This document shows positions 11,645-24,236 of a stretch of DNA of 64,000 bases, one piece after another (the first letter of the stretch is position 1; each line of letters starts with the position of its first letter). The DNA is taken from positions 89,590,001 through 89,654,000 of the forward strand of contig NC_043002.1 in assembly GCF_006345805.1 (NCBI RefSeq). Reading direction: 5' to 3'. The notes under the pieces are model-generated. The model was not told the origin of the DNA. It saw nothing but the letters and a program-made list of their open reading frames with translations, and did not search any database. Source of the stretch: Octopus sinensis. Lineage: Eukaryota. Made by a program: the position numbers and the translations under genes.

Positions 11645-13769
11645 TGTGTGTGCCTGTGCCACGTCTGTGTTTACACCAGTCAAAAAAGGTTTGGTGTTAT
11701 TTATGTTGTGCTCCTCTATATAATGCCAACTAGCAGTTTGACAAATAGAGATTGGTAAAATAATTTCCTGACTGGAATGCATTCTGGGATTGATATAATT
11801 AACAAAACTTTCATAAGTAATGTTACTCCATTTTAGGGGAGAGTTCAAGACTTCAGTCTCTTTCTTCCTCCTTCTATCCCATTGTTTGTTGCTATCTTTC
11901 TTTCTGTCTATCTGTCTGTTTGTTTCTGTCTGTCTCTCTCTCTAATGCTCTGCTATGTCCTGTTAAAATGTCATTATTTAAATATAGAACTTAAAACGGT
12001 TGCAAACCCTTACACAGAAGAACTACGTATTCCTAATGCTTACATTAGAGGTGATACATGGAAATATTAAAAATATCTAAATTATAGAAAAATTCATCTT
12101 CTAGATATAAACCACAAAATACAGTTTGGTGTTTTAAATCTAATTTTTCTCAACATGACTAAGTAAAAATACCTTCTTTGGTAAAAACCATATCCTGATA
12201 AAACAAAATATTACTGCATAAAAAACTGAAGGCATGTTTATTTAGACATGTAAATCTATGTTATACTTGTGTCTAAAAATCAATAATTATCATTAAACTC
12301 TAAAGTATATGAAAAAATCTCTTAACATCTCTTAATCCTGTCTTATTTGAAGAGTTTTCCACTTAATCCTTTCTTTACAGAATCTTTCAAGCATGATAAT
12401 TCATGGTTTCTATAGCTGAAGGTTAATTTAAGAGACCTGCCTGTATTTATCAATAGCATTGTTACAGCAACTAAAATGTGTTCTCTTGCAGAATTCTCTT
12501 ATTCAAAGAATCCAAAGAAAACGTGATAAGCATGATTTTTTAGCTCTAGCATTACTTCAGCTATAAATAACCCCAGGAAAAAAAAATTTTTTAGTGAGAG
12601 TTTCCGGATTTTTCTCATTAAATAATAAAAAGAAAAATGATTAAAAACAATATATTTCATGGAATAATATAAAGCATTCTTTGAAAGGACAAGCATTAAA
12701 CCTTATCCTCTACATGAATGACTGCTTTTTAGCAAAATGTCCTGATCAGTGTGCTATGAAATTCTAGACAGGAATTAGATATCAATTTATTTGATAACAA
12801 CTAAATTTCCTTAGTTATTTGCATGAGCATAACTTGCCAGTCAGTACCTTAGTGTTTTGTTTCTCATCAACCCATCTCATCATTTCCTATACTATAAATG
12901 TCTCTATTTTATTCTTTATTTTTATCTAATAATTTATTCCCAAATGAATGAGTGATTCACTAACAACATTACTAAGAATGGTCATCTTTGGCTCACATTC
13001 TATAACTTTATCTGTAATTTTCAGGAGTACTTACTTAAAACAGCATGAGATTTAATTCTCACATCAGGCACAATGACAAACCAGATAAATAGATTTTTGT
13101 TATTCATTAAATGCATAAAATTTCAGTGCTATTCAATGTTTTCCTGTGAATAGAAAATATTTTATTGAAAATGTTTTTTTTTCTTGTGCAGAATACCATG
13201 CTGACAGAACACTTCCATTTTGCTTCTGATGAATTCCTTACCTGAACAGATTTTATTATTTTCTTTCTTTTGATCATTATCTGTTGGGCAAATTTCTATG
13301 TTTCTGCATAGTTCCAACTTTTAATTCATTCCATTGTACTTTTATTGCAAAGAGGAGGAGATCAGAAAAACCAAGGGAAAAAAAAAAATAGAAGTGATGA
13401 GTTTTTACTGGAGGATAAATTAAACCAGTTAACTATTTAATTGTTGAAGGAGGACTGCATCTCATTCTATATAGACTGTATTATTGATATCAAGCTGTGA
13501 AAATAAAATATAAAATAAAAACACGTAATACAATAAAAAAAAAATGAAGCAAACTCCATTTTGCAGGGTTTTTTGTCACAAAACTCAAGGATTTAGATAT
13601 AATTTTTTTTCATTTTTGTAAAATATGGCCTATCATTTCCATTTTTTTTGTGTGTAAATGACTTTAATAATTTGATTGCTGCATGCATGAGATGAGCTTT
13701 TTAAAGCAGTTTTTGTATTATCAATTGGATTAACCCAATATGTTACTGGTACTTAATTTACTGAATTAT

Positions 13770-14015
13770 TTCATCTTTCATCTTTTATCTTCCGCTTTTT
13801 TTAGTCGTTTGACTGAGGCCAGACTGGAGCATCACCTTAAAGTGTTTTTTTTTCAGTTGAAGAAGTTGACCTGTGTAAGTCTAGTGCTTATTCTATCAGT
13901 CTGTTTTGCTGAACTGCCAAGTTATGGGGATGTAAACACACCAATATTGGTTGTCAAGTAATGGTGGTGGTGGGGGAGGGAGGACAAACACAGACACAAA
14001 GATACACACACATAA

Positions 14016-14060
<45 letters not shown>

Positions 14061-14960
14061 ATGGGTTTCTTTCACTCACAAGGCTTTGGTTGCTCTGAGG
14101 CCATAGTAGAAGACACATGCTCAAGGTGCCATGCAGTGGGACTGAACCCAGAACCATGTGATTGGGCAGCAAGTTTCTTACCACACAGCCACACCTGTGC
14201 CAAAGTCTGGTACTTATTCTATCGGTCTCTTTTGCTGAACAACTAAGTTACAGGGAAGTAAACAGACAAATACTAGTTGTCAAGCAGTGGCGGAGACAAA
14301 TACAAAGGCACACACACACACACACACACACTCACACGATGGGCTTTCAAACAGTTTGTGTCTACCAAATTCTCTAATAAGACATTGGTTGGTCCAGGAC
14401 TATAGAAGATGCTTGTCTAAGATACTGTACAGTGGGGCTGAACCCAAAACCATATGGTGGCAAAGTGAGCTCGTTAACCATACAGCTATGCTAGCACCTA
14501 TAAATGTAGAAGAAATGAAAGTAAGGTCTGCCTTGGTGAGTTTTGAATTTTGAACAGAAAGTTGTTAACTGTAGCAGAAACACAGTGCAGCCTGATTTGT
14601 ATCTAATTCTCAACTTTAGTCATGTGAGTAATTATAATACTAATTTAAAGAACATGCATACACATGCATGCACATGCATGTACACACATGCATTTTTGAG
14701 TTCAGTCCCACTGCACAGCAACTTAGGCAAGTGTCTTTTATCACAGCCCCAGCTAGCCAAAGCCTTGTGATTTGGTAGACTGAAATATTGAAAGAAGCCT
14801 GCAAGATACACACACACACACACACACACACATGCACACAGAGGTGTGGGTGTGACAGTGAGATAAGAAGTTTGCTCTCCAGCCACATGGTTTCAGGTTC
14901 AGTCCCACTATGTGGAACCTTAGGCAAGTGTCTTCTACTATAGCTCTGGGCTGACCAAAG
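13770..14960. mobile_element. Cluster of SINE family A copies (minus 13770-14192 and 14205-14495; plus-strand heads 14695-14830 and 14845-14960)
   Basis: GGTTCAGTCCCACT box B, CCTTAGGCAAGTGTCTT core and internal (CA)n. Confidence 0.8.
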
Positions 14961-15265
14961 TGAATGCACATGCACACATGCACCCCAATACATATCTTAT
15001 TAAAGCTGCAAAACTATCACAGATCTGTTACTCAGTTTCATGTTCCCCCTTGTCAGACAGCTATGATGAGTTTTCAACACTACTGTTCAATGAATGGGAA
15101 TGTGAAACTCTGAGTAACAGTTCTGTGGTAATTTTGCAGCTTTACTAAAAAGTACATTCCTCTACCTTTGGTATTTGAGTATTATTTTTCCCACTTTGTT
15201 TTGCACTTATATGCTCACCTCTGTGTGTGTGTGTGTGTGGATATATATATATACACACACATATA

Positions 15266-15655
15266 TCATCATCATCACTTAACGTCTGTTGTCCATGCTG
15301 GCATGGGTTGGACAATTTGATCAGGGCTGACTAGCTGGAAGGCTGCACCAAGCTTCAGTCTAATTTGACATGGTTTCTATGGCTGGATGCCCTTCATAAT
15401 GCCAACCACTCTGAGAGTGTAATGGGTGCTTTTGTGTGCCACCAGCATGGGTGCCATTTTCATGACACCAGTATCTGCAATGACTGTGAAGTTACTTGGC
15501 TTATTGGGTCCTCTCCTCTAGCATGACAATGCTAAAGGTCTCAGTGATTCGTCATTGCCTCCATGAGACCTGACACTCGAAAGGAGCTTTTCACGTGCCA
15601 CTAGCATTGGCCACTTTGCCTCTGTGAAGCCCAACACTTGAAAGGTGTTCAGTCC
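15266..15655 (-). mobile_element. RTE-tail repeat
   Basis: (CAT)n followed by TTAACGTCTGTTGTCCATGCTGGCATGGGTTGG. Confidence 0.75.
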
Positions 15656-16838
15656 CTGGTTAATGTTAGTCCTCTTCATTTACACTGTTGATATCTTGTA
15701 GAGAACTATACATGTTACAAAATCCCATTTTTCTTTCTTCCCCAAATGTGGCATTTTACTCACACAAAAGAAACTAATGTTCTGACCAATGAAATAATCT
15801 GATAGGAGAACTGACCGATGAATTTAAAAGGATTTGGAAGTATTCCCAAGAGAGATGGGAATAACAAAGAGCAATGCTGAAATCCATTGGATCTGTGGCA
15901 CATGGCTATGCAAATGATAGGAAGGATGATAGAGTATGATTTAGGAAATTTTAACTACTTGACAAGAAAATTGTGCTATACAAAATAAAAATGTTAGTAG
16001 TTAATGTGTTCAAAGATTTGTTTCATTCTTGCAATGTTAATTGGGAGTTGTTGAACTCACATCCATCCACAGTGCTTCTTACTAATTAATAAATCATATC
16101 CTGGGAATTCTACTAAAGAGAAAGCAACTATCCACAAATGAATTTCTGAATTCTAATTGGACTACATAAAGGAATAGCATCACGATCAATTGCAGAATTT
16201 GTAGCAGGGTCAGAATTAAGTCAACATTCCAATCATGTGTTAACTTTGGCAATAGTGTAAAGATTAAGAATGACCAACTTGGGAATATTCTTTCTTTATT
16301 TCCTTTTCATGTTTACCATTATTGATGCTATCAATCACATTCCTTCTTTACATTCATGACCAAAATTATTTTTGAGTTTGAAAATGATTCATGATCTCTA
16401 CATTTATCAAAACTGGTATATAATGGAACCAGATATTCTGTTAAAGAGAGAGGTAGACAGATGGATAGTTGGACCAATGGGTATAGAGAAAGGTTGATAT
16501 ATGAATATATAGCTATATATATATATATATATATATATATGTGAATAGATGAATAGATAGATAGATGGAAAGATAGACAGATATTTATTTGCATCTATAT
16601 GGCTGGATGCATAGATATATAGATAAACAGATATATAAGTTGAGTGAGACACACACACACAACTAGAGAGGAGAGAGAGAGAGAGAGAGAGAGAAAGAAA
16701 GAGAGAGAGAAACAGGCAGAGAGGGAGAGACATTGATCCTTTGGTTCTCTGGCAGAGGAATTAGACTGTAAGTGATGTTGGGGTGGAGGAGGGTGATATA
16801 TTATATATTATATATATATTATATATTATATATTATAT

Positions 16839-16889
<51 letters not shown>

Positions 16890-17284
16890 GCATATTTATC
16901 TTTTTTTTATGAGTGCAAGAAATAACATCATTTCTGCTGGTTCTACCAATATTTACTTAATATCATTGTAATATATATCTGTGAGAGTTTGTGCCATACT
17001 GAGAGATACATAATTTGCAAAATATACAGATTTAGGTCACTGTTCTCTGGTACTACTTTATTTTACCTATTTTTACTTCTAATTAAATAAGTTTGTTAAA
17101 AGTAATTTACAGTGACCTTTTCTGTGACCTATTTATCTGTCTCTCATTAGAGAGTAATTAGAACAACTTTGCATTCAGAAATGATGTTTGAAATGGCAAT
17201 TTTGTTTACATGTTCTTTTCTTGTGTATGAAAGATATTTCTTAATGGAAATAATGAAACTTCCATCTTTTATCTTTTATTTTTT

Positions 17285-17604
17285 TTTACCTGCTTCTGTC
17301 ATTAGACTGCGGCCATGCTGGGGCACCACCTTGAAGGATGCTTTTTTTAGTTGAATGAATTGACCCCAGTACTTATTTTTTGTTAAGCCTGGTACTTATT
17401 CTATCAGTCGCTCTTGCTGAACTGTTACGTTATGGGGATGTAAACACACCAACACTGGTTGTCAGATGGTAGTGGGGTACAAACGCAGATACGTACTCAC
17501 ACATACACAAACACATGCGTGCACACATACACATGCACACACACACACAGACACACAGAGACACACGCGCACACACACACACACACACAAACACACACAT
17601 GCAT

Positions 17605-17645
<41 letters not shown>

Positions 17646-17787
17646 GGACTTTTTTCAGTTTCCATCTCCCAAATTCACTCCCTAGGCTTTGGTTGGCCTG
17701 AAGCTGTAGTAGAAGACACTTGCCCATGGTGACACGCAGTGGGATTGAACCAAGAACCATGTGGTCAGGAAGAAAGTTTCTTACCAC
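17285..17787 (-). mobile_element. SINE family A, full length
   Basis: Head rc GTGGTAAGAAACTT..GGTTCAATCCC; long (CA)n; tail GGTGGTGCCCCAGCATGGCCGCAGTCTAATGACAGAAG. Confidence 0.85.
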
Positions 17788-18064
17788 GGATCCTGAATAT
17801 TATTTTGATTTCATCAGTCATTGAAAATATGAGTAGAGAACATGCATTGCTCTGTTTGTCTTCCTGAAAAATCTTCCCATAACATGGAATTCTTTAATTC
17901 AAAAGTGGCTGTATTATAAGAAGTTTACTTTTTAACCACATGGTTTTAAGTTGTCTCATTGCAGGGTTTCTTGGGTAAGTGTTTTCTACTATAGCCCTGA
18001 GTTGATAGAAGCCTTGTGGATGGATTTCATAGATGGGAAGTAAAAGAATCCTTGAGTATGTATG

Positions 18065-18335
18065 TGGGTGTGTATGTTTGACTCCTTGCCTTAACATCAT
18101 GTGATAGTTGTAAACGAGTGTCACTATCATGCAAACAGTGTTTTTGTTTCCAATCTTCCATGAAAACATGTCTGGTCATGGAGAAATATTTTACTTGGAA
18201 ACAGGTGAAGTTTGGTGACAGGAAGAGCACCATGCTGTAGAAAATCTGCTTCAACAATTTCCATGCAGCTCATGTGAGCATGGAAAAGTGGATGTTAAGA
18301 TGATGAGGATGATGATAATGATGATGATAATGAAA
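18065..18335 (+). mobile_element. SINE body with RTE-type 3' tail
   Basis: Ends AGCATGGAAAAGTGGATGTTAAGATGATGAGGATGATG, the RTE tail motif in sense orientation. Confidence 0.6.
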
Positions 18336-18507
18336 ATGTATTCCCCACTGACTCCCATATTCATTGACTTGTATGTGACATGAACAGAAAATAGAAAATA
18401 GGTTCCATGCTCTATGAAGGGGAAGATTGTGAGGAACAAAATGTTTCTGTACGGTAGGGAATATCTATATTATTGTAAGTGTGTGGTAATATGATTCACA
18501 AACCAGG

Positions 18508-18716
18508 ATTAATTTTGGCACAAGGTCACAAATTTTGTGGGAGGGGATAAGCCAATTAGGTTGACTCAGTCTTCAACTGGTACATATTTTATTCACTCTG
18601 AAAGGATGAAAGGCAAAATCAACCTTGGCGGAATTTGAACTCAGACCGTAAAGATGGATGAAATGCTGCTAAGCATTTTGCCCAGCATGCTAATGATTCT
18701 GCCAGCTTGTCGCTTT
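18508..18716 (-). mobile_element. SINE family C
   Basis: GGATGAAAGGCAAAATCAACCTTGGCGGAATTTGAACTCAGA (rc of the family body). Confidence 0.8.
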
Positions 18717-18747
18717 AATGATAATAATAATAATAATAATAATAATG

Positions 18748-18832
<85 letters not shown>

Positions 18833-18854
18833 TAATAATAATAATGATAATAAT

Positions 18855-19407
18855 GCCCTGATGCAGTACCAGGCAGCAGGTCTCATGGCTTCTGATCTTA
18901 ACTGACTGGAAGTGTTATCATGTACATTGTTTTGTCTTGGTATAAAAGATGGGCTACAGCAAATATTCTGCTCAATACCAGATTTGCTTGTCAGTTGTTT
19001 GACCTTAACCAGTTGAGCATGTCCCTTAGTGGCTGATGATACGTGCATCTCTGATCACGAGCAGAAGTAGTGGGGGAGCATCATAGCCATGTGTTGAGAG
19101 GGATTCTTTGGGGTTTGAATGATTCACCTCTCAAAATCTGGGTGTTTCATTCAACATCCTTAAACAACCCTTAATCAGGGACCTTTTGAGTGGGATGGGC
19201 TACTCAACCTGAAGAAAATTCTAACTGGGCTCCACCTGCAAGGTCATGTGCTATTTATCTTGTTATGATATCACCATGTCGCGCACATATGATTGTGATG
19301 CATGTGCCTAGTGTACCCTTATCATACAGGTAGTCATGATAGGTATACTGGGCTTCGTATATTTGTATCCCAGTGTCACTTTGATGGCATGCACTGCTCT
19401 CTCACTC
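18855..19407 (+). mobile_element. Element D, full length (553 bp), flanked by (TAA)n on both sides
   Basis: GCCCTGATGCAGTACC...GCTCTCTCACTC; near-identical to 21368-21922. Confidence 0.9.
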
Positions 19408-19426
19408 AATAATAATAATAATAATG

Positions 19427-19473
<47 letters not shown>

Positions 19474-19475
<2 letters not shown>

Positions 19476-19826
19476 CAAGAGCACTCAAAGAATGCAAACC
19501 TCCGTCAAGGCAACACCAGAGATGATTTTTAAAATGAGAATATCTGAAATAAACTCGACAGCTTTCACAAATGAGAATACTAAAAATGAACCCGAATGCT
19601 CTCAAAAATTAAGTAAAAAACGGGAAAAATAATCCAGAATCCTTGTCCGGTATCAGATCAATCCCAAAATCTAATCTGTTTGTGCCAGTCATGAGACCAA
19701 ACATTTCTGAAAGCTCCATCTGAATCCATTCAGTGGATCTTGAGATATCTAGTCCATAGACAAACGAGCAAACAAACAAGCAAACATGACTGAAAACAAC
19801 ACCTCAGCCTTTGCCAAGGTGGAGGA
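19474..19826 (+). mobile_element. Helentron/HINE-like non-autonomous element
   Basis: 5' AACAAGAGCACTC..ACCTCCG; (AAAC)n near the 3' end; terminal stem-loop ACCTCAGCCTT-TGCC-AAGGTGGAGG. Confidence 0.65.
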
Positions 19827-19844
19827 ATTAATAATAGTAATAAT

Positions 19845-20330
19845 GATTTCAAATTTTGGTACAAGGCCAGAAACATTGAGGGTGGGCTTAGTTGATTACA
19901 TCAACTCAGTACTCAACTGGTATATATTTTATCGACCCTGAAAGGATGAAAGGTGATGTTAACTTTGGTGGAATTTGAACTCAGAACATAAAGATGGACA
20001 AAATGCTACTAAATATTTTGCCCAGGATGCTAAATGTTTCTGCTAGCTCACCATCTTAAAATGAGGATTACTTTATTGGAATATCAGATGTTGTACAGAA
20101 GAGTTATTAGGTTTGTGATAATGGATATGGAACAGTATATTTTGTTGTATATGTAGATATATTGACAGGTTAAACTTTTTTTACAGGTACAGACATGGCT
20201 GTGTGGTTAAGAAGTTCACTTTACAACCATTTGGTTTCAAGTTCAGTCCCACTACATGATGTCTTAGGCAAGTGTCTTCTATTATAGCTTTGGGTAAATC
20301 TTGTAGGTAGAAACTGTATGGAAGACCAGC
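19845..20330. mobile_element. SINE C (minus, 19845-20058) and SINE A head (plus, 20190-20330)
   Basis: Family-diagnostic bodies as above. Confidence 0.75.
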
Positions 20331-20587
20331 ATGGATATAATAATGATGATGATGATAAAAAAAAAAAAATAATAATAATAATAATACATACATACATACA
20401 TACATAGATACATACATACATACATACATATATATATATATATAATCAGCCGAAATTACTACGATGATCCGGTTCTTGACTGAAGACTGAGGGTTTCGAA
20501 TGTCCTGTCCGTATTTATTGTATCGTCTTCTAAGAGTTATACGTTCTTGTCCATGTTGTATTTTTCTACATACCTTAATATATATAT

Positions 20588-20630
<43 letters not shown>

Positions 20631-20649
20631 ATATATGTATATATATATA

Positions 20650-21030
20650 TGGTGATTCTCTACTCCTTATGCAGAGTTTGACTACTTCCTGTACCTTAGA
20701 GCTATCATGGCATCTGATGTGGCTTTGTAAACCAGACAATGTTCTGAAAAGACACCCATATAGATTGCACATCCAATTTGGACTACCAAGAGCTACAGAT
20801 AAGTTCTGATTTTTGTGTATCTTAAAATGTCTTCTGAGGCCTCTGTTAGATTTGCCAACCTTCTGGCATACACTGCATTCAAAGGTGTGCACAGACATAT
20901 AGGTAGAATAGTTGGTGGAGGTTGGTGTAGGTTTGCAAAGGAGATTTGAGCAAAAGAAAGGTATAGTCTGTCACAAACTGTGCACACAAAAAGTTCATTG
21001 TCATTCACCTTCTCGATCGTAACATTCTTA
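20650..21030 (-). pseudogene. LINE 3' fragment (probably RTE) with three C2H2 zinc fingers
   Basis: FVCTVCDRLYLS.., then after a frameshift FECSVCQKVGKSNRGLRRHFKIH and WMCNLYGCLFRTLSGLQSHIRCH; no TGEKP linkers; ends in an (AT)n tail. Confidence 0.55.
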
Positions 21031-21059
21031 TATATAATATATATATATATGTATATAAT

Positions 21060-21300
21060 TAACTTCCTGTAAATACAGTTCTATATTTAAGAGATGAGGA
21101 ATTATGTACATCATTTGCATCATTTACATTTGATGGATATTTGTCCTCATCTTGTTTGTTGTTAACACGTTTTGGCTGATATACCCTCCAGCCTTCTCAT
21201 TCCTAAGGTATTTTTCGATGTTATTGTTGTTGTTGTTGTTATCATTATTATTATTATTCAGGTCACTGCCTGGAATCGAACTTGGAATCTTGCGGTTAAC
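21060..21300 (-). mobile_element. tRNA-headed repeat with (AAT)n and a degenerate hammerhead module
   Basis: rc: GTTAACCGCAAGATTCCAAGTTCGATTCCA (tRNA-Asn-like, box B), then (AAT)n, then ..GGCTG-GAGGGTATAT-CAGCC-AAAAC. Confidence 0.65.
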
Positions 21301-21336
21301 AATAACAACAACAACAACAATAATAATAACAATAAC

Positions 21337-21367
<31 letters not shown>

Positions 21368-21922
21368 GCCCTGATGCAGTACCAGTCAGTGGCTCTCATG
21401 GCTTCTGATCTTAACTGATTGGAAGTGTTATCGTGTACATTGTTTTGTCTTGGTATAAAAGATGGGCTACTGCAAATATTCTGCTCAAAACCACAGATTT
21501 GCTTGTCAGTTGTTTGACCATAACCAGTTGAGCATGTCCCTTAGTGGCTGAGGATATGTGCATCTCTGGTCATGAGCAGAAGTAGTTGGGGAGCATCATA
21601 GCCATATGTTGAAAGGAATTCTTAGAGATTTGGATAATTCACCTTCGGAAAGATAGGTGGTTTGTTCAACATCCTTAAACAATCCTTATTCAGGGACCTT
21701 TTGAGCAGGATGGGCTACTCGACCAGAAGAAAATTCTAACTGGGCCCCCACCTGCAAGGTCATGCACTGTTTATCTTGATATGAGATCACCATGTTGTGT
21801 ACATATGGCTGTGATGCATGTGCCTGGTGTACCCTTATCAGACGGGTAGTCATGATGGGTATAATGGGCTTCGTATATTTTACCCCAGTGTCACTTTGAT
21901 GGCATGCACTGCTCTCTCACTC
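21368..21922 (+). mobile_element. Element D, full length (555 bp), flanked by (TAA)n
   Basis: Same termini as 18855-19407. Confidence 0.9.
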
Positions 21923-21972
<50 letters not shown>

Positions 21973-21984
21973 TAATAATAACAA

Positions 21985-22135
21985 CAACATTGAAAAATAC
22001 CTTAGGAATGAGAACCCAGGTTCTAAATTTCCCCAAGACACCTGAGGAAAACTGGAAGGTATATCAGCCAAAAAGTATTAACAACAAGCAAGATGAGGAC
22101 AAATATCCCTTAAATGTAAATAATGTAAATAATGT
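21985..22135 (+). mobile_element. Second copy of the hammerhead-module repeat
   Basis: GAAAAATACCTTAGGAATGAGAACCC..GACAC-CTGAGGA-A..CAGCC-AAAA..GATGAGGACAAATATCC; homologous to the rc of 21060-21222. Confidence 0.75.
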
Positions 22136-22289
22136 TCCTGTAAATACATTACTACTCTAATGTTTAGAGTGTCCCTTTTCAGATATATGATCTACTGATG
22201 TTCTGTCTGTCTGTCTGTCTGTATGTATATATATATATGTATGTATGTATGTATATATATTGCAAAATATAAAGTTATATCTTGAGTGA

Positions 22290-23165
22290 ACTTTGCCCAG
22301 GCTATTCTTATTCTAGCAGCTACACTTTCAGCGCACCCTCCCCTGCTACTGACTTGGTCATCTAGGTAATGGAAGCTATCAACTACTTCTAGTTTTTCTC
22401 CCTGAAATGTGGCGGAAGTTGTTCTCTGCACATTTTCAGTGCTTAATTTCTCCAGAGCATCTGCCACATACAAAAACTATCTTCCCAGTTAGCCTTCCTT
22501 TGATATTGCTGCACCTCTTATTGTGTCTATAGCTTACACTGGGTACATCTTATAGAGCTTTTACCTTCACCTTTTCTACATATCGAGCAGGATCATCAAC
22601 CTGAAGGGATTTGTGGTTTGTCTGCCTTCCTACTTATTAGGGCTTTGGTTTTAGCTAGGTTGACGCTAAGGCCCTTCGATTCTAATTCTTGCTTCCACAC
22701 TTGAAACTTCTCTTCTAGTTCTGATAGTAACTCAGCAATTAGAGCAAGGTCGTCAGCATAGAGGAGCTCCTAGCGGCATCCTGTCTTGAATTCCTCTGTT
22801 ATCGTTTGGGGGACTATGATAAATATGAAGGGGCTGAGAACTGAACCTTGGTGGACCCCTACCTCTACCTGGAATTTTTCACTGTACTTGTTGCCAACCC
22901 TCACCTTATTGACAGAGTCCCTGTACATGGCTTGCACAGTTCTCACTAGCCATTCATCTATCCCTAGTTTCCTCATTGATCACCAGATAAGGGATTGAGG
23001 GACCCTGTCAAAGGCTTTCTCCATGTCAACGAAAGCCAGATACAGAGGTTTATCTCCTGCAGCTGTCTTACCAGAAATATAGCATCAGTGGTGCTTTTCC
23101 CTGGCACGAACCCAAACAGCTCTCCAGTTTACCAATTCCTGTCAAACTGATTAACCCATGCCAGC
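22290..23165 (-). pseudogene. RTE-clade reverse transcriptase fragment
   Basis: LAFVDMEKAFDRVP, GVHQGSVLSP, LLYADDLALIA, a Cys/His-rich insert and LEVVDSFHYL (ORFs 22770..22976, 22192..22473). Confidence 0.92.
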
Positions 23166-23654
23166 ACAGAAAGCAGATGCAAAATGATGATGATATATAT
23201 ATACCCATATGATATATATATATATATATATACCCATAAACACACATATATGCATATGTGCGTGTGTGTGTGTGTGTGCGCGCACGTGTGTGTGTTTGTG
23301 TATATGTGCGTGACTTTGTGTTTATGTTTGCTTCCACCACTGCTTGAAAGTTGGTGTTTGTTTGTTTATGTTCCTCTACCTTAACAACTCAGTAAAAGAG
23401 ACGAATACACCTTACATGAAAAAAGAAAATCTAAGAAAAAAAACAGTACTGAGGTTGATTTGCTTAACTAAACCCTTGCAGGTGGTGCCCCACCATTACA
23501 TGTCGAGTCCCTCACCCCAATCACATTTTCCATTCTCCCCACCCCCATCACTATACTATACTTCCTTCCACCACCAAAGTTTATGAGATTTCTTGCCATA
23601 TTCCATAAAGAAAGAACTTGTTCTTATGACAGTTTGCTGAGTTATCATTGAGAT

Positions 23655-23870
23655 CATAAATGACATCATCATCCCCATCATCATCATCATCATCATCATC
23701 ATCATTACCACCACCACCACCACCTTATCATCATTGTTGTCATTACTGTCACCACCACAATGACCATCACTACTGCTGCCACCACCACCGCTGCCACCAC
23801 TATCACTACTGTCACCATTGCCACCACCACCACCACCACCATCATCATCATCCTTATCATTATTACATTA
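23655..23870. repeat. Degenerate (CAT)n/(CAC)n trinucleotide tract
   Basis: Direct inspection. Confidence 0.9.
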
Positions 23871-24204
23871 TATTTTTAAGTCGTAATCTGAAAGTAGTCT
23901 TTGTCAATTATGTATTAAATTAAAACAATAACAACAACAACTACTACTACTACTACTACTACAACAAATCACACTTGTTGCTTTGTGATTCTTATTTTTT
24001 GTAAAAAATTTTTTAAAAACTTGGTCTTTGCTAATGTTATCAATTTTGTGTTATAATGTTGGAAGTGAATCAAAAAAAAAAAAAAAAAAAAAAGCCAAAA
24101 TCATTGCAGGCAGAGAATGTCAGAAAAAGAGAGAAAAGATTCAATCAGTTCAGGATTTGGATGTGAGTTACTTTAGTACCAAATCAAAAGTAAGGAATGG
24201 AAGA

Positions 24205-24236
<32 letters not shown>

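Noticed and set aside
13242-13280. Possible 39-nt minus-strand microexon (CAG|ATAATG..TTCAG|GTAAG)
   Set aside because: Good donor but weak acceptor; peptide unrecognisable; needs RNA-seq.
19320-19407. HDV-like ribozyme at the minus-strand end of element D
   Set aside because: CAGTG/CACTG and GGGTA/TACCC stems exist, but P3, P1.1 and the catalytic J4/2 segment could not be fitted.
20455-20520. Hammerhead-like words CAGCCGAAAT and CTGAAGA..GAATGTC; also CCGATGA-ACC(TTTC)GGT at ~61590
   Set aside because: No complete core or stem I pairing; the second lies within a different tandem motif.
20575-21008. Host C2H2 zinc-finger gene
   Set aside because: Frameshifted, no canonical linkers, retro-type tail; treated as a LINE fragment.
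24107-24160. Possible plus-strand exon ending GGAT|GTGAGT
   Set aside because: The acceptor lacks a pyrimidine tract; peptide not recognised.
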